DNA of 64,000 nt, from assembly GCA_046538435.1 (NCBI GenBank), contig JBKHIX010000001.1, positions 184 to 64,183 on the forward strand, read 5' to 3'. This DNA is from Thermoplasmata archaeon (GTDB lineage Archaea > Thermoplasmatota > Thermoplasmata > Halarchaeoplasmatales > Halarchaeoplasmataceae). The stretch's first letter is position 1; the number at the start of each line of letters is the position of its first letter. Under the pieces are notes generated by a model. It ran no database searches, had not been told where the DNA came from, and saw only the letters and a program-made list of their open reading frames with translations. Shown in pieces: positions 1 to 10,399 of the stretch. A program made the position numbers and the translations under genes.

Positions 1-242
1 AGTACTTCATGTGTGCCTGAGACTCTCCTGCATACGCTTCTTCTAAAGACTTATCTGTCATTTTTCCCATATATATACACCTCGTTTTTTCTTACGAATT
101 TTTTATTGTTAATATTAAAATCATTTATAAACCAAAATACCAAATTCTCATCTAAACCTATACTAAGATTCTTTTTAAGTTCGGATACTATCTTATTTTT
201 CTTCACAAAAACACCATAAATAAAGAAAAGAAAAGGGTTTAT

Positions 243-917
243 CTAAGATTTTTTGTGACACAACCACCAATCGTAGCACTCGATCTCGCCTTTTTCTTCC
301 TGTTCTTTTCTCTTCTTGATCATCTGTTCACTGCCTGCCGGTGGCATGATTACATCATCACCAACAAGTTCATTTTCTGGCCAGTTAGCTGGTATAGCTA
401 CTCCTTCTTCGTCTGCTTTCTGGAATCCTTTGATCATCCTTATGAACTCATCCATATTTCTTCCAAGTTCAGCTGGATAATATAGAATTGCTCTTATCGT
501 TGACTCTGGATCCACTATGAATACAGCTCTTACTGTTGCTGTACCACCAGTGTGATGAACTAAACCTAATCTATTTGCAACTCTTCCCTGTCCATCTGCT
601 ATTATCGGGAACTCGATCGTTTCATCTAATTCATCCTCTATCCATTCAGTCCATTTCAGATGGCTGTGAACTTGATCTATACTCAGACCGATCAATTCTG
701 TGTTTAACTCTCTAAACTGATCGTATCTCTTCTGGAATGCATAGAATTCAGTCGTACATACAGGTGTGAAATCACCTGGATGTGAGAAAAGTATAAACCA
801 CTTTCCCTCAAACTCATCCGGCAGTTTCTTTTCACCATAAGTGGTGTTAACTTTCATCTCTGGAAACTTATCACCTATCAAAGGCATACCTTCATTTTCT
901 TCTTCCATTTTTATCAC
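243..917 (-). CDS. 1-Cys peroxiredoxin (Prx6-type thiol peroxidase)
   Basis: 224 aa ORF with the peroxidatic Cys motif FTPVCTTE and an AhpC/TSA fold pattern. Confidence 0.85.
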   Translation of the reverse strand: MIKMEEENEGMPLIGDKFPEMKVNTTYGEKKLPDEFEGKWFILFSHPGDFTPVCTTEFYAFQKRYDQFRELNTELIGLSIDQVHSHLKWTEWIEDELDETIEFPIIADGQGRVANRLGLVHHTGGTATVRAVFIVDPESTIRAILYYPAELGRNMDEFIRMIKGFQKADEEGVAIPANWPENELVGDDVIMPPAGSEQMIKKRKEQEEKGEIECYDWWLCHKKS

Positions 918-1301
918 CTATTTTTCTAATTTCTTTTCATTGGACCAAAGTCCATGGATATTACAGTATGAATTTGCTACAATCATACCTGCTTTTTCTG
1001 TCTTAAAGGCACTAACGACTTTTGGTTCTGTGTAAACAGTACTAGTATCTGGTCCTTCTGTCGATTCGCCATGTGCGTTGAACTCATACTTTCCCAGATG
1101 ATATGGGAATTTTTCTCCTTCTGGATGAAAGTAAAGTTCTATCCACCGGATGTGATGTTCAGTCGTATTTGGATGTGAAATCTCTTTACCAACTGTAGCT
1201 TTGACCTTGACTTCATCACCTTCCTCCTCTATTTCGATCACTGGTACGTGCTTTTCAGTTTTCCAATCATCTGTTTGATACATTTCTTCTATTTTTGACA
1301 T
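918..1301 (-). CDS. sor: superoxide reductase (neelaredoxin / 1Fe-SOR, desulfoferrodoxin family)
   Basis: 127 aa; KHVPVIE..., His-rich iron ligands (HH..W.E), and the C-terminal CNIHGLW motif typical of SOR. Confidence 0.8.
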   Translation of the reverse strand: MSKIEEMYQTDDWKTEKHVPVIEIEEEGDEVKVKATVGKEISHPNTTEHHIRWIELYFHPEGEKFPYHLGKYEFNAHGESTEGPDTSTVYTEPKVVSAFKTEKAGMIVANSYCNIHGLWSNEKKLEK

Positions 1302-1328
1302 ATTTTCTCACCTCTTATTTTTTATAAA

Positions 1329-1781
1329 CTATTTTTCAAGAATCTCAAATATTTCATCGAGATCAGGAACTTCACCTATAGGGTAAACTTTCCTGAATAT
1401 TATTTTTTGATCTTCATCAATTATTATATTAGCTCTTTCTGAAAACCCATCATCTTCTCTGAAAAGATCATATTTTTTGGCTATCCCACCATGTGGCCAG
1501 AAATCAGACAACATCCTCAATTCATCGAGACCTAATTTCTCATCCCATAATTTTTTAGTAGGGGATGAATCGACACTAATTCCAACTGAAATTGCTTCCA
1601 ATTCTTTGAACTTATCCATATGGTCATCGAGTGCCTTCATCTGCTTGGCACATACACTTGTTCCTGCCAGTGGATGAAATGAAAGCAGTACTTTTTGACC
1701 CTCGAAATCAGAAAGGATGAATTCATCGCCGTTCTGATCTTTGAGTGTGAAATCTATCGCTTTATCTCCTTCTTCTACCAT
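1329..1781 (-). CDS. bcp: Bcp-type peroxiredoxin (AhpC/TSA, redoxin family)
   Basis: 150 aa; HPLAGTSVCAKQ active-site Cys context; thioredoxin fold. Confidence 0.7.
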   Translation of the reverse strand: MVEEGDKAIDFTLKDQNGDEFILSDFEGQKVLLSFHPLAGTSVCAKQMKALDDHMDKFKELEAISVGISVDSSPTKKLWDEKLGLDELRMLSDFWPHGGIAKKYDLFREDDGFSERANIIIDEDQKIIFRKVYPIGEVPDLDEIFEILEK

Positions 1782-1799
1782 TATTTCAATCCTCCCGAT

Positions 1800-1964
1800 T
1801 CATCCTTCTATCTTTTCAAACTGATCTTTAGGTGCTCCACAAAGTGGACAAACCCAATCATCTGGTAATCCTTCGAATTTCGTTCCTGGTTCAATATCGT
1901 TCTCTAGATCTCCTTCATCTTCATCATAAACGTATCCACAAACAGTACATCTCCATTTAGCCAT
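1800..1964 (-). CDS. rd: rubredoxin (54 aa; absent from the ORF track because it is <60 aa)
   Basis: Manual reverse-strand translation: [54 protein letters not shown]. Two CxxCG knuckles and a classic rubredoxin pattern. An alternative in-frame ATG lies 6 nt upstream (1970). Confidence 0.85.
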   Translation of the reverse strand: MAKWRCTVCGYVYDEDEGDLENDIEPGTKFEGLPDDWVCPLCGAPKDQFEKIEG

Positions 1965-1975
1965 CTCCATCACCT

Positions 1976-2476
1976 CTATGGACCCTGATGCATCGCAGGG
2001 TGATATTGATCGAATTCCTCAAATTCTTCTATCCTTTCAAGCTCAGATTTCAATATATCATAGTGATTCTGCTCCATACCTGATAGATAATCAAGCAATT
2101 TGACTGGCTCACCACTTTCGCCTTCATCTCTTGCTATGTTCGCCATTTTCTTATAAAAATCACGAGCTGATATCTCAGCATCCATAGACTGTTCAACTAT
2201 CTCGGACTCTTCTATATCATCTCCGTACCTTATGAAAGGTATAGGCACCGGTGTTTCTTCTGGTACTTCCATCTCCTTCCTTGGATTCCTTTTCTCGTAA
2301 AGGTCAGTAATGAAGTCCTGGTGTTTCTTCTCTTCTCCAGCTAAGAATTCAAATCTGTTCTTTATCACGAAGTTATCAGTTCTGTCCGATAGATATTCAT
2401 AAACTTCCCTACTGTTCACTTCTGATTTAGCCGCTGCTCTAAGTAACTCATCGAAGTCATATTCTTCCAATTCCAT
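1976..2476 (-). CDS. rubrerythrin-like ferritin-like diiron protein
   Basis: 166 aa; paired E..EEKKH and E..MEQNH helical motifs typical of ferritin-like diiron carboxylate sites. Confidence 0.55.
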   Translation of the reverse strand: MELEEYDFDELLRAAAKSEVNSREVYEYLSDRTDNFVIKNRFEFLAGEEKKHQDFITDLYEKRNPRKEMEVPEETPVPIPFIRYGDDIEESEIVEQSMDAEISARDFYKKMANIARDEGESGEPVKLLDYLSGMEQNHYDILKSELERIEEFEEFDQYHPAMHQGP

Positions 2477-2477
2477 A

Positions 2478-3011
2478 TTATTCTTCCTCCTTTTTTACAT
2501 AATGCGAGGCTTTCTGCGAAAGCGTACCCCTCTTAACATCATGATAATATTCATAAGTCATAACTTTATCGTTTTTTATTATATCGGCATCGATTACTTC
2601 TCCTATAAATAAAGTGTGAGTTCCTAATTCCTTCTTCTCTACTACATCTGCTTCGATATACGCAACTGAATGATCTAAAATAATAGGAACACCTGTTTTA
2701 CCTTTTTTATAATCCACACTTTCTAACTTATCATAATCTTCTCCACATTTGAAACCAAAGTCACCTATAAATCTCAAAGGTGTATCTTGAGATAAAACCG
2801 ATATACCAAATGATTGTGATTCTTCTATACACGAATGTGTGAAATTATCTAAATTTATTGAAACTGCTATCTGCGGAGGTTCTGCAGTCACCTGGAATAC
2901 AGAATTTGCTATCTGTCCATTTAACTTATCGCCTTTTTTGGCTGTGACGACATACGTGCCGTAGCTAATTTTATGCAGAGCCTCTAAATTCATCTTGACA
3001 CCTAGCAACAA
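2478..3011 (-). CDS. flavin reductase-like FMN-binding domain protein
   Basis: 177 aa; pattern of the flavin_reduct split-barrel family; sits with Rd/SOR/Rbr genes. Confidence 0.55.
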   Translation of the reverse strand: MLLGVKMNLEALHKISYGTYVVTAKKGDKLNGQIANSVFQVTAEPPQIAVSINLDNFTHSCIEESQSFGISVLSQDTPLRFIGDFGFKCGEDYDKLESVDYKKGKTGVPIILDHSVAYIEADVVEKKELGTHTLFIGEVIDADIIKNDKVMTYEYYHDVKRGTLSQKASHYVKKEEE

Positions 3012-3094
3012 CCTTAAATATTACGACATATATTAAGTTTTTGTACGATATTCGAAAAATTAATTACGTAAATATAAAAAATAAGTGCGATAAT

Positions 3095-3547
3095 ATGGCT
3101 AAAATTGACGAAACTGATAGGAAAATCCTAAGCATCTTAAGAAAAAACGCAAGGAAACACTTTACTGATATAGCTGAAGAGATGGGAGTAAGTGAAGCTA
3201 CTGTTAGAAATAGGATTAAATGCCTAGAAAGAAATGATGTTATCAAAAAGTACACCGTGGATATCAATCCCAAAGAATTAGGATTCGATATGGTTGCAAT
3301 AATTGGTTTAAATGTTACACCAGAATATCTTCTAAGTAGTGTAAACGAATTGAGAGATATAGAAGAGGTAAAATGGGCTGCAAAATCAACCGGCGATCAC
3401 ATGATAATGGCTGAAGTTTGGGCAGAGGACGGTGAAGGATTATCACGAGTGATAAGTAAAAAAATTGGAAATATAGAGGGTATAAAAGATGTGAGACCAG
3501 CCATATTGCTCGAAAAGAAAGAAGAAAAGTATGAAATTGATGGGTAA
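3095..3547 (+). CDS. Lrp/AsnC family transcriptional regulator
   Basis: MAKIDETDRKILSILRKNARKHFTDIAEEMGVSEATVRNRIKCL HTH_AsnC plus a C-terminal RAM domain; the true ATG lies downstream of the track start at 3041. Confidence 0.85.
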   Translation: MAKIDETDRKILSILRKNARKHFTDIAEEMGVSEATVRNRIKCLERNDVIKKYTVDINPKELGFDMVAIIGLNVTPEYLLSSVNELRDIEEVKWAAKSTGDHMIMAEVWAEDGEGLSRVISKKIGNIEGIKDVRPAILLEKKEEKYEIDG

Positions 3548-3602
3548 GATTTTGAATAAAATGTTTTAGTGAAGCCCCCTTTAAAATAAGTAAATATATT
3601 GA

Positions 3603-4322
3603 TTGAGGATGATCATGAAAGAACTAGTGGAAATACGATATAACAAAAAGGGGATATTTTTAGAACGAAAAAACAGGTTTCTAGGAAGTGTTCGATTTAA
3701 GAATGGAAAGGAAAATGACGTTCATATTAGAGATCCTGGTAGACTAAAAGAATTGTTATTCGAGGGTAATGAGGTACTTTTAAAGAAAGCAGATAATGAG
3801 AATCGAAAAACTAATTTGGATCTGATCGGTGCAAAATTCGATGATCTTTGGGTTCTAATAAACTCAGGTTATCACCGCGAAATAACTGAAAACATCCTAG
3901 AAGCCGAATCGATTAGTCCATTCGATAAAATAGATTCATACAAACCAGAAGTAAAATTGGGTGATAGTAGGATCGATTTTTTGATTAAAAAAAATGGTAA
4001 AAATATTTGGACAGAGGTCAAAGGTTGTACATTGGCTAAGAACGGAGAAGCATTATTCCCGGACGCGCCTACAGCGAGGGGAAAAAAACATGTAGATGAA
4101 TTGAGAGAAGTGGTTAAAAATGGGGATAGAGGTGCATTATTAGTCCTTATTTTTAGATCAGACGCTGAGTGCTTCAGACCTTACGAGAAAAGAGACCCTG
4201 AATTTACTGATTCCTTTTATAATGCTTATGAAGAGGGGGTTGAGATTTATCCTTTGCTGTTAAGTTACAATATTAATAGAGAAGGTAAATTATATTTTAA
4301 AAAGAAAATCCCTTTATGCTAA
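3603..4322 (+). CDS. sfsA: sugar fermentation stimulation protein SfsA homolog
   Basis: 239 aa; N-terminal GIFLERKNRF...GRL.EL pattern of the SfsA family. Confidence 0.75.
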   Translation: MRMIMKELVEIRYNKKGIFLERKNRFLGSVRFKNGKENDVHIRDPGRLKELLFEGNEVLLKKADNENRKTNLDLIGAKFDDLWVLINSGYHREITENILEAESISPFDKIDSYKPEVKLGDSRIDFLIKKNGKNIWTEVKGCTLAKNGEALFPDAPTARGKKHVDELREVVKNGDRGALLVLIFRSDAECFRPYEKRDPEFTDSFYNAYEEGVEIYPLLLSYNINREGKLYFKKKIPLC

Positions 4323-4371
4323 GTCTTTTAGAAACCAAAACTTTCTTTACAACATATCATATTTCTAAACC

Positions 4372-5211
4372 ATGTCAGGGATAACTTTCTTTCAAACTGA
4401 AGATTTAGATGAAGTCAGAGATTTTTACATGAATGAGATCGGTATGAACATGTGGGTGGATCAAGGTGCATGTATAATTCTACAGCACGGGAACATGCTT
4501 CTAGGTTTCTGTGAAGGAGATAAATCTGAAAAAGAAGGTGTCATCACATTTTTCTACGATACTAAAGAAGAAGTGGATGAAAAATACGAGAAAATTAAGG
4601 ACCTAGCAAGAGATGAACTAGAAAAAAGAGAAGCCTACAACATCTACAATTTCTTCGCAGAAGATATCCAGGGAAGAACTATAGAATTCCAGACATTTCT
4701 GCATGAGACAAAGCCCTTCAGAGAGGGGACTGAACTACTGAAAACAAGAAGAAGTGTCAGAGATTATAAGGACAAAGAAATACCAAAAGATGTACTAAAT
4801 TCAATTTTTGAGGAATGTAGATTCGCACCGACTTCTATGAATTCTGAATCCTATTATTTCATACCGATCAAAGATAGAGAAATTATAGAATTCATGTCCA
4901 AACGCAGAGGAAGCAGCAGTTCTCCCATCAAAGAGGCTCCGATGGCGGTGGCTATTTGCAGTGATCCTAATAAAACCGGTAGAGTAAAACAAGATGGTGA
5001 CATAGCTACATATCATTTCATCCTATCTGCTTGGGCACACGGTTTAGGTACCTGCTGGATAGCAGCCATGGATAGAGAAGATGTTAAAGAGAAACTAGAG
5101 ATTTCTCAAAACCATTTTGTGGCAACTGTAACACCTCTAGGGTATCCTGAAGAGATACCTGATACCCCTTCAAGAAAACCTGCAGATGATTACGTTAAAA
5201 AATGGATGTGA
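4372..5211 (+). CDS. nitroreductase-family protein with an N-terminal VOC/glyoxalase-like domain
   Basis: The C-terminal half has the nitroreductase pattern (RRSVRDY..., FMN-binding). The N-terminal ~120 aa resemble a glyoxalase/bleomycin-resistance fold. Confidence 0.65.
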   Translation: MSGITFFQTEDLDEVRDFYMNEIGMNMWVDQGACIILQHGNMLLGFCEGDKSEKEGVITFFYDTKEEVDEKYEKIKDLARDELEKREAYNIYNFFAEDIQGRTIEFQTFLHETKPFREGTELLKTRRSVRDYKDKEIPKDVLNSIFEECRFAPTSMNSESYYFIPIKDREIIEFMSKRRGSSSSPIKEAPMAVAICSDPNKTGRVKQDGDIATYHFILSAWAHGLGTCWIAAMDREDVKEKLEISQNHFVATVTPLGYPEEIPDTPSRKPADDYVKKWM

Positions 5212-5213
5212 AT

Positions 5214-5858
5214 CTACTTAAAAACCTCTCCAGTTTCTTTATACCAGAGAACAAGATCAAGATGCCCTAATGGTATCCCGATCTCATCAGAAAACTCTTT
5301 CATCTTTTTTTCTATATCTAAATATCTTTTTTTAGTCAATGTTTTAGGAATTTCATCTATAACTCCTAAAGCTGTTAGATTTCTTAATATATGTCGATCT
5401 AGAATGGCTAGATTTTCACCTTTCCCGATATTTCTAAGGAAGTGACTAGCTTCTTTATAACCCAAACCTTTAATATTGTCAACAATCCACTTTCTCGCTT
5501 GTTTTTGGTCATCAAATTCAGATATCTTTTCTTTTATTGATCTATTGCATTCTATGAATTTATTTCTAGCTTCAACTAAATAACCTGCTTTATTATTTCT
5601 AAATCTGACTCTCTTTATTTCATCTGAAATCGTATCCAATTCACCCTCTAAAAGCAAATCATTTTCTTTCAACTCTTGAACTGTATCCCAACATACTTTT
5701 GCTTTAGACTGAGGTGTGAACAAACAGAAGGCCATCTCATCGAATACTCTTTCATCTCCTTCTTTCCAAACCTCTTCAAATTCTTCTATCCTCGATTCTA
5801 TCGTTGGTTTTATCTCTTTGTATATTCGTTTTATCTCTTCTTCGCGGACTTTAGACAT
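5214..5858 (-). CDS. ogg: N-glycosylase/DNA lyase (archaeal Ogg2-type 8-oxoguanine DNA glycosylase, HhH-GPD)
   Basis: 214 aa; helix-hairpin-helix LKGLGYKEASHFLRNIG followed by the catalytic D in ILDRH. Confidence 0.7.
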   Translation of the reverse strand: MSKVREEEIKRIYKEIKPTIESRIEEFEEVWKEGDERVFDEMAFCLFTPQSKAKVCWDTVQELKENDLLLEGELDTISDEIKRVRFRNNKAGYLVEARNKFIECNRSIKEKISEFDDQKQARKWIVDNIKGLGYKEASHFLRNIGKGENLAILDRHILRNLTALGVIDEIPKTLTKKRYLDIEKKMKEFSDEIGIPLGHLDLVLWYKETGEVFK

Positions 5859-5907
5859 ATGAATCAGTGATCTTTTAACCTGTTAATCAATATTATTATT
5901 CCTCAAT

Positions 5908-7719
5908 CTAGTTTTCTTTTTCATCTAAATAATATTCAAAAGAATCCAAGAACATCGCATACTGACTGGGTGAAGATTTTATCTGACTGGAGAAAGATTT
6001 GATCATTTTTTCAGATTTTTCTTTAAAATCTGTTCGCTCTAATTCTTTATCAAGATATGTTAAATCGAAAAGGGCTATTGAATTACCTGAAGGATATGCA
6101 CCATCGTATACTTCCTTTTCCTTTAACGGTAGTTCTTCATTGGAGCTAAAATAAAATCCACCATTCTCTTCATCCCAGAATTGATCTATCATTGTTTCAG
6201 TATAATTCATCGCTTTCTCAAGATATTGATATTCATCAGTCATCCTGTACATCTCGATAAGTGCCCAAATTAGATAAGCATAATCATCAAGCATACCATC
6301 AATTCCAACTTCACCTCCTATGTATCGGTGATATAAGTGACCATTATATGACAATTCTTTGAGAATGAAATCTAAATTTTTTTTAGCCTTTTTTAATATC
6401 TCTTCATCATCAAATATCCTGGAAGCTTTAGCAAGAGCAGCGATAAACATACTGTTCCAATCAGTCAATATCTTCTTATCTTTACCAGGTTTCTCTCTTT
6501 TCCCCCTCTCGTCAAATAACACTTTTCTTATGTTTTCTAATTCTTTTTTTAATTGGGTTTCATTTTGTTCAAACTCCTCAGTTAGAGTTTTGATGTCTTT
6601 GTTCATATAGAGCACATTTTTTCCAGTTCCTTCGCCAGTTGATTCCTCAAGATAATTACCTTCAGGTGTGATGTTGTAAATTTTCTTGAACTTTTCAGAA
6701 TCTTCTTCTAGAATACTATCTATTTCTTCCTCAGACCATATGTAATATCCACCTTCGATTCCACCTACATCAGCATCTTCAGAAGAATAAAAACCTACTG
6801 ATTCAGCCTTCAATTCTCTAAATACATATCCGATTGTTTTTTCCGCTGTCCTTCTGTACTTTTCATCATTAGCGAGTTGATATGCTTTTGCATATGCCAT
6901 AACCAACATAGCCTGATCATAAAGCATCTTTTCAAAATGTGGTAGTCTCCATTGTCTATCTGTAGAATATCGATGAAAACCAAAACCGATGTGATCGTAT
7001 ATTCCTCCCATTCTCATGGCATCTAATGTTTTTTCAACCATATCTAAAGCTTCCTTTTCATCTGTTTCTTTCCAATATCTCATTAGAAACAGTAGATTAT
7101 GGGGTGTAGGAAATTTCGGTGCATTTCCAAATCCATGAAATTTTGTATCAAATGAACCTTTTAAAGTGTTATAAGCATCATCTAAAGTTGGAGTTTCTAT
7201 TCTTTCAGTAGATCTCTTAACTTTATCTTTAAGTGTAGATATTACTTTCTCAGCGGTTGAAATCAATTTCCCTCTATCGTTATCCCACAGGTATCTAACA
7301 CGGTTGGTGAGGTCTTTCAAACCTAACCTTTCATTTTCTCTCTCTTTTGGAATATAGGTCCCTGCAAAAAATGGTCTTTTATCAGGTGTCATTATGATAT
7401 TTAAAGGCCATCCGCCTCTTCCGCTCATCGCTCTAGCGATTTTCATGTAAACTTTATCTACGTCTGGTCTTTCCTCCTTATCAACTTTTATTGATACGAA
7501 TGTCTGGTTCATCAACTCAGCCACATCTTCATCCTCAAAAGATTCGTGTGCCATCACATGACACCAGTGGCATGAGGAATATCCTATCGATAGGAAAATC
7601 GGCTTATCCTCGTTTTTGGCTTTCTCAAATGCCCCGTCACACCATGGGTACCAATCGACGGGATTATCTGCATGCTGTTTTAGATATCTGCTCTTCTCTT
7701 CGGCAAGATGATTCATCAA
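5908..7719 (-). CDS. thioredoxin-domain protein, DUF255 / YyaL / SSP411 family
   Basis: 603 aa; the N-terminus NPVDWYPW...[18 protein letters not shown] is the hallmark of the DUF255 thioredoxin-fold family, and the C-terminus is a six-hairpin glycosidase-like fold. Confidence 0.8.
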   Translation of the reverse strand: MMNHLAEEKSRYLKQHADNPVDWYPWCDGAFEKAKNEDKPIFLSIGYSSCHWCHVMAHESFEDEDVAELMNQTFVSIKVDKEERPDVDKVYMKIARAMSGRGGWPLNIIMTPDKRPFFAGTYIPKERENERLGLKDLTNRVRYLWDNDRGKLISTAEKVISTLKDKVKRSTERIETPTLDDAYNTLKGSFDTKFHGFGNAPKFPTPHNLLFLMRYWKETDEKEALDMVEKTLDAMRMGGIYDHIGFGFHRYSTDRQWRLPHFEKMLYDQAMLVMAYAKAYQLANDEKYRRTAEKTIGYVFRELKAESVGFYSSEDADVGGIEGGYYIWSEEEIDSILEEDSEKFKKIYNITPEGNYLEESTGEGTGKNVLYMNKDIKTLTEEFEQNETQLKKELENIRKVLFDERGKREKPGKDKKILTDWNSMFIAALAKASRIFDDEEILKKAKKNLDFILKELSYNGHLYHRYIGGEVGIDGMLDDYAYLIWALIEMYRMTDEYQYLEKAMNYTETMIDQFWDEENGGFYFSSNEELPLKEKEVYDGAYPSGNSIALFDLTYLDKELERTDFKEKSEKMIKSFSSQIKSSPSQYAMFLDSFEYYLDEKEN

Positions 7720-7741
7720 AATATACTGGTGTTATACACTA

Positions 7742-8197
7742 TTAAAGGATTCTCCTCACTCTCCTAGCAATCTCTTCTAATAATCCTTCATCTTCATCTG
7801 TGAACGGTTTCAATTCGTGAGAATCGATATCTATCTCGCCAGCTATCTTATTTCCTTTAAATAGAGGTACAACGATCTCTGATTTCACTTTAACACTGCA
7901 GGAAAGATAATTATCTTCTTCAGAGACATCCTGAACCACATAAGTACCTTTAGATTCTGCAGCCTGACCGCATATACCTTCTCCAAAACGGATGGTTGTA
8001 TGTTCAGTCGGATCACCAACAAAAGGTCCTAACTCGAGTTCATCCTCTTTATCTTCACTTACCAGGTAGAAACCAACCCAGTCGTAATAATCTATTTCAT
8101 TATTTAGAAGCTCACATATCTGCTGTAATTTATCATTCAGATCGCCTGGACTTTCTATTATACTATCAACTTCATCTAAGATTCTACGTTTATCCAT
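7742..8197 (-). CDS. GAF domain protein (free methionine-R-sulfoxide reductase-like)
   Basis: 151 aa single GAF domain with a conserved ICGQAA Cys, as in fRMsr. Confidence 0.6.
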   Translation of the reverse strand: MDKRRILDEVDSIIESPGDLNDKLQQICELLNNEIDYYDWVGFYLVSEDKEDELELGPFVGDPTEHTTIRFGEGICGQAAESKGTYVVQDVSEEDNYLSCSVKVKSEIVVPLFKGNKIAGEIDIDSHELKPFTDEDEGLLEEIARRVRRIL

Positions 8198-8199
8198 AT

Positions 8200-8547
8200 T
8201 TAATCCTCCTTGTTCATATCATCCCATAATTCAAAAGCTTTTCTAAGATGTGGAATTGTAATGGAACCCCCTACTATTAGAGCTATACCTAATGCTTCAA
8301 CCATCTCTTCATCCGTTACTCCCTCCTCTTTACACCTGATCATATGATATTCGATACAATCATCACATTTCAGGACTGTAGAGGCAACTAGACCTAACAT
8401 CTCTTTGTATTTAGGTGGAATAGCTCCTTCTCTGTAAACAGAGTTATCCAAACTAAAAAAACGTTTGATGTCTTTTCCAGCATAATCCATAATTATATCG
8501 TTCAACCTTTCTCTCTCCTCTTTGAACTCTTCTACTTCCTCACTCAT
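8200..8547 (-). CDS. carboxymuconolactone decarboxylase family (AhpD-like) protein
   Basis: 115 aa; CxxxH-like motif (CDDCIEYH) of the AhpD/CMD family. Confidence 0.7.
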   Translation of the reverse strand: MSEEVEEFKEERERLNDIIMDYAGKDIKRFFSLDNSVYREGAIPPKYKEMLGLVASTVLKCDDCIEYHMIRCKEEGVTDEEMVEALGIALIVGGSITIPHLRKAFELWDDMNKED

Positions 8548-8617
8548 AGATGATTAACTATGAGATTGTTGATGAAGATAAAAGGTTTATGAAAAAGACC
8601 GAAAAATACTTATAAGT

Positions 8618-8637
8618 ATATTAGAATATTCTAATAT
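8618..8637. promoter_or_regulatory. perfect 20-bp palindrome ATATTAGAAT|ATTCTAATAT immediately 5' of the arsR start codon; putative ArsR operator overlapping the promoter
   Basis: Read directly from the sequence; it ends 1 nt before the ATG at 8639. Confidence 0.5.
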
Positions 8638-8638
8638 T

Positions 8639-8989
8639 ATGATAAACGAAGAGTCTCTCGATGACGAGCGCATCCATAAGATGCACGCTGAACTGTGCCA
8701 GATGCTCTCCAATCCTACTAGGTTGAGGATATTGGAGCAGCTGTGTGAAGAAGAAAAGACAGTCAGTGAACTGGTGGAAGCTGTAGGAGTCAGTCAATCA
8801 AGCATTTCACAACATTTGAGTCAACTCAGGAAAGAGAGATTAGTGGATTCCAAAAGAGACGGTTCTCACGTCTATTACCATCTAACATATCCAAAAATAA
8901 TGGATGCGTGTAAGATAGTAAGAGAGGTACTTTTCGATCAAATGAATGAAAGTAAAAGATTGATAGAAAGAGGTGTTAGAAATGAATGA
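8639..8989 (+). CDS. ArsR/SmtB family transcriptional regulator
   Basis: 116 aa; HTH_ARSR pattern LSNPTRLRILEQL...VSELVEAVGVSQSSISQHLSQLR. Confidence 0.8.
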   Translation: MINEESLDDERIHKMHAELCQMLSNPTRLRILEQLCEEEKTVSELVEAVGVSQSSISQHLSQLRKERLVDSKRDGSHVYYHLTYPKIMDACKIVREVLFDQMNESKRLIERGVRNE

Positions 8990-9392
8990 AACTGAAGATA
9001 AAGAAGCGGAAGAGGTAAAGAAGAGGATGATGGAAGATATGATGAATGAAGATGAAAAGGGTGTAGACTATCCAGATTCACCGATAACTCTCAATGACAG
9101 TAATTTCCAGGTGAAATTAGAGGAATATCCTTTGGTACTGGTGGATTTCTGGGCAGCTTGGTGTGGTCCATGTAAGATGATGGAGCCAGTGGTAGAAGAT
9201 CTAGCTCAGGAATATCAGGGAGATGTCGTATTCGGTAAGTTGAACGTCGACCAAAACCAGAGAGTTCCTTCAAAATTCCAGGTATCAGGCATACCAACAT
9301 TGATACTGTTCAAAAACGGAGAGATGGTAGATAAAATGGTCGGGGCCATGAACAAACAGATGCTTGAACAGAAGATCAAAAATCACGTCTAA
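8973..9392 (+). CDS. trx: thioredoxin
   Basis: WCGPCK active site; overlaps the arsR 3' end, so an arsR-trx operon. Confidence 0.85.
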   Translation: MLEMNETEDKEAEEVKKRMMEDMMNEDEKGVDYPDSPITLNDSNFQVKLEEYPLVLVDFWAAWCGPCKMMEPVVEDLAQEYQGDVVFGKLNVDQNQRVPSKFQVSGIPTLILFKNGEMVDKMVGAMNKQMLEQKIKNHV

Positions 9393-9472
9393 ATAATTCA
9401 AAACTTTTTTTATTTTATTTAAATTAAATTCCCCAAAACAATATTAATCAGTTTTAAGTTTTTAATGACTAC

Positions 9473-10399
9473 ATGATCATAAAGGTCAACAGTTTGAAGA
9501 AATCTTTCGGAGATACTCAAGCGCTTGATGGTATCTCTTTCGAAGTCGATAAGGGTGAGATATTTGGATTTCTAGGTCCAAATGGGGCCGGAAAGACCAC
9601 TACTGTTAAGATATTAGCTACGATGTTGCTGGCCGACAGTGGTAAGTCTGAAGTTATGGGGTATGATGTTGAAGAACATCCGAAGAAGGTTAGAGGTTTA
9701 GTGGATGTTATAACGGCTAGAGACAAATTTTATCGTCGTTTAGATGCGTACCAGAATATCAAATTCTTTTCAAGTATATATCAAGTAGAGGACTGGAAAT
9801 CTAAGATGGAGGATTACGGAGAATATCTAGGACTTGAAAAGAAAGATTTTGAAAAAAGACTCGCAGACTTTTCAACAGGTATGCGTCAAAAGTTAAATCT
9901 AATCAGAAATCTGATCAGAAAAACACCTATATTATTCTTAGATGAGCCTACTTTAGGATTAGATCCAGTTTCCAGCAAGAAATTCAGGAGATTATTGAAA
10001 GAGGTTATGGAGGAGGAGAGTAAAACTGTTATCTTCACAAGTCACAATATGTACGAAGTTGAAGAAATCTGTGAAAGGATAGCGATAATAAAAGATGGAA
10101 AAATAACCAAAACAGGTAAACCAAAAAACCTGAAAAAGCAGATCTTCCCGAAAAGGATGATCGAATTTTCCTATGAAGATGGTCAGCAATTCTGTTTAAA
10201 ACATGAATTCATCGATGATATTAAAAGAGAAGATGGAAAAACCCGTGTTATAATAAGTTCGGAAGGAAATGTTCATGACGTTATCCAGGAGATACTGAAC
10301 AAAGGTAGAGTAAATGATATAACAGTCAAAGAACCGACTTTAGAAGATGCTTTCATAAAACATACTGAACATGAAGAAGGTGATCTTGATTGGACTTGA
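9473..10399 (+). CDS. ABC transporter ATP-binding protein
   Basis: Walker A GPNGAGKTT, LSGG-like signature STGMRQK, Walker B ILFLDEPT. Confidence 0.85.
   Translation: MIIKVNSLKKSFGDTQALDGISFEVDKGEIFGFLGPNGAGKTTTVKILATMLLADSGKSEVMGYDVEEHPKKVRGLVDVITARDKFYRRLDAYQNIKFFSSIYQVEDWKSKMEDYGEYLGLEKKDFEKRLADFSTGMRQKLNLIRNLIRKTPILFLDEPTLGLDPVSSKKFRRLLKEVMEEESKTVIFTSHNMYEVEEICERIAIIKDGKITKTGKPKNLKKQIFPKRMIEFSYEDGQQFCLKHEFIDDIKREDGKTRVIISSEGNVHDVIQEILNKGRVNDITVKEPTLEDAFIKHTEHEEGDLDWT

Noticed and set aside
13-219. Track ORF 13-219 and similar AT-rich intergenic ORFs (15090-15347, 255-485, 5676-5870)
   Set aside because: Low-complexity, Phe/Leu/Ile-rich translations typical of AT-rich non-coding or antisense DNA; no start context or homology pattern.
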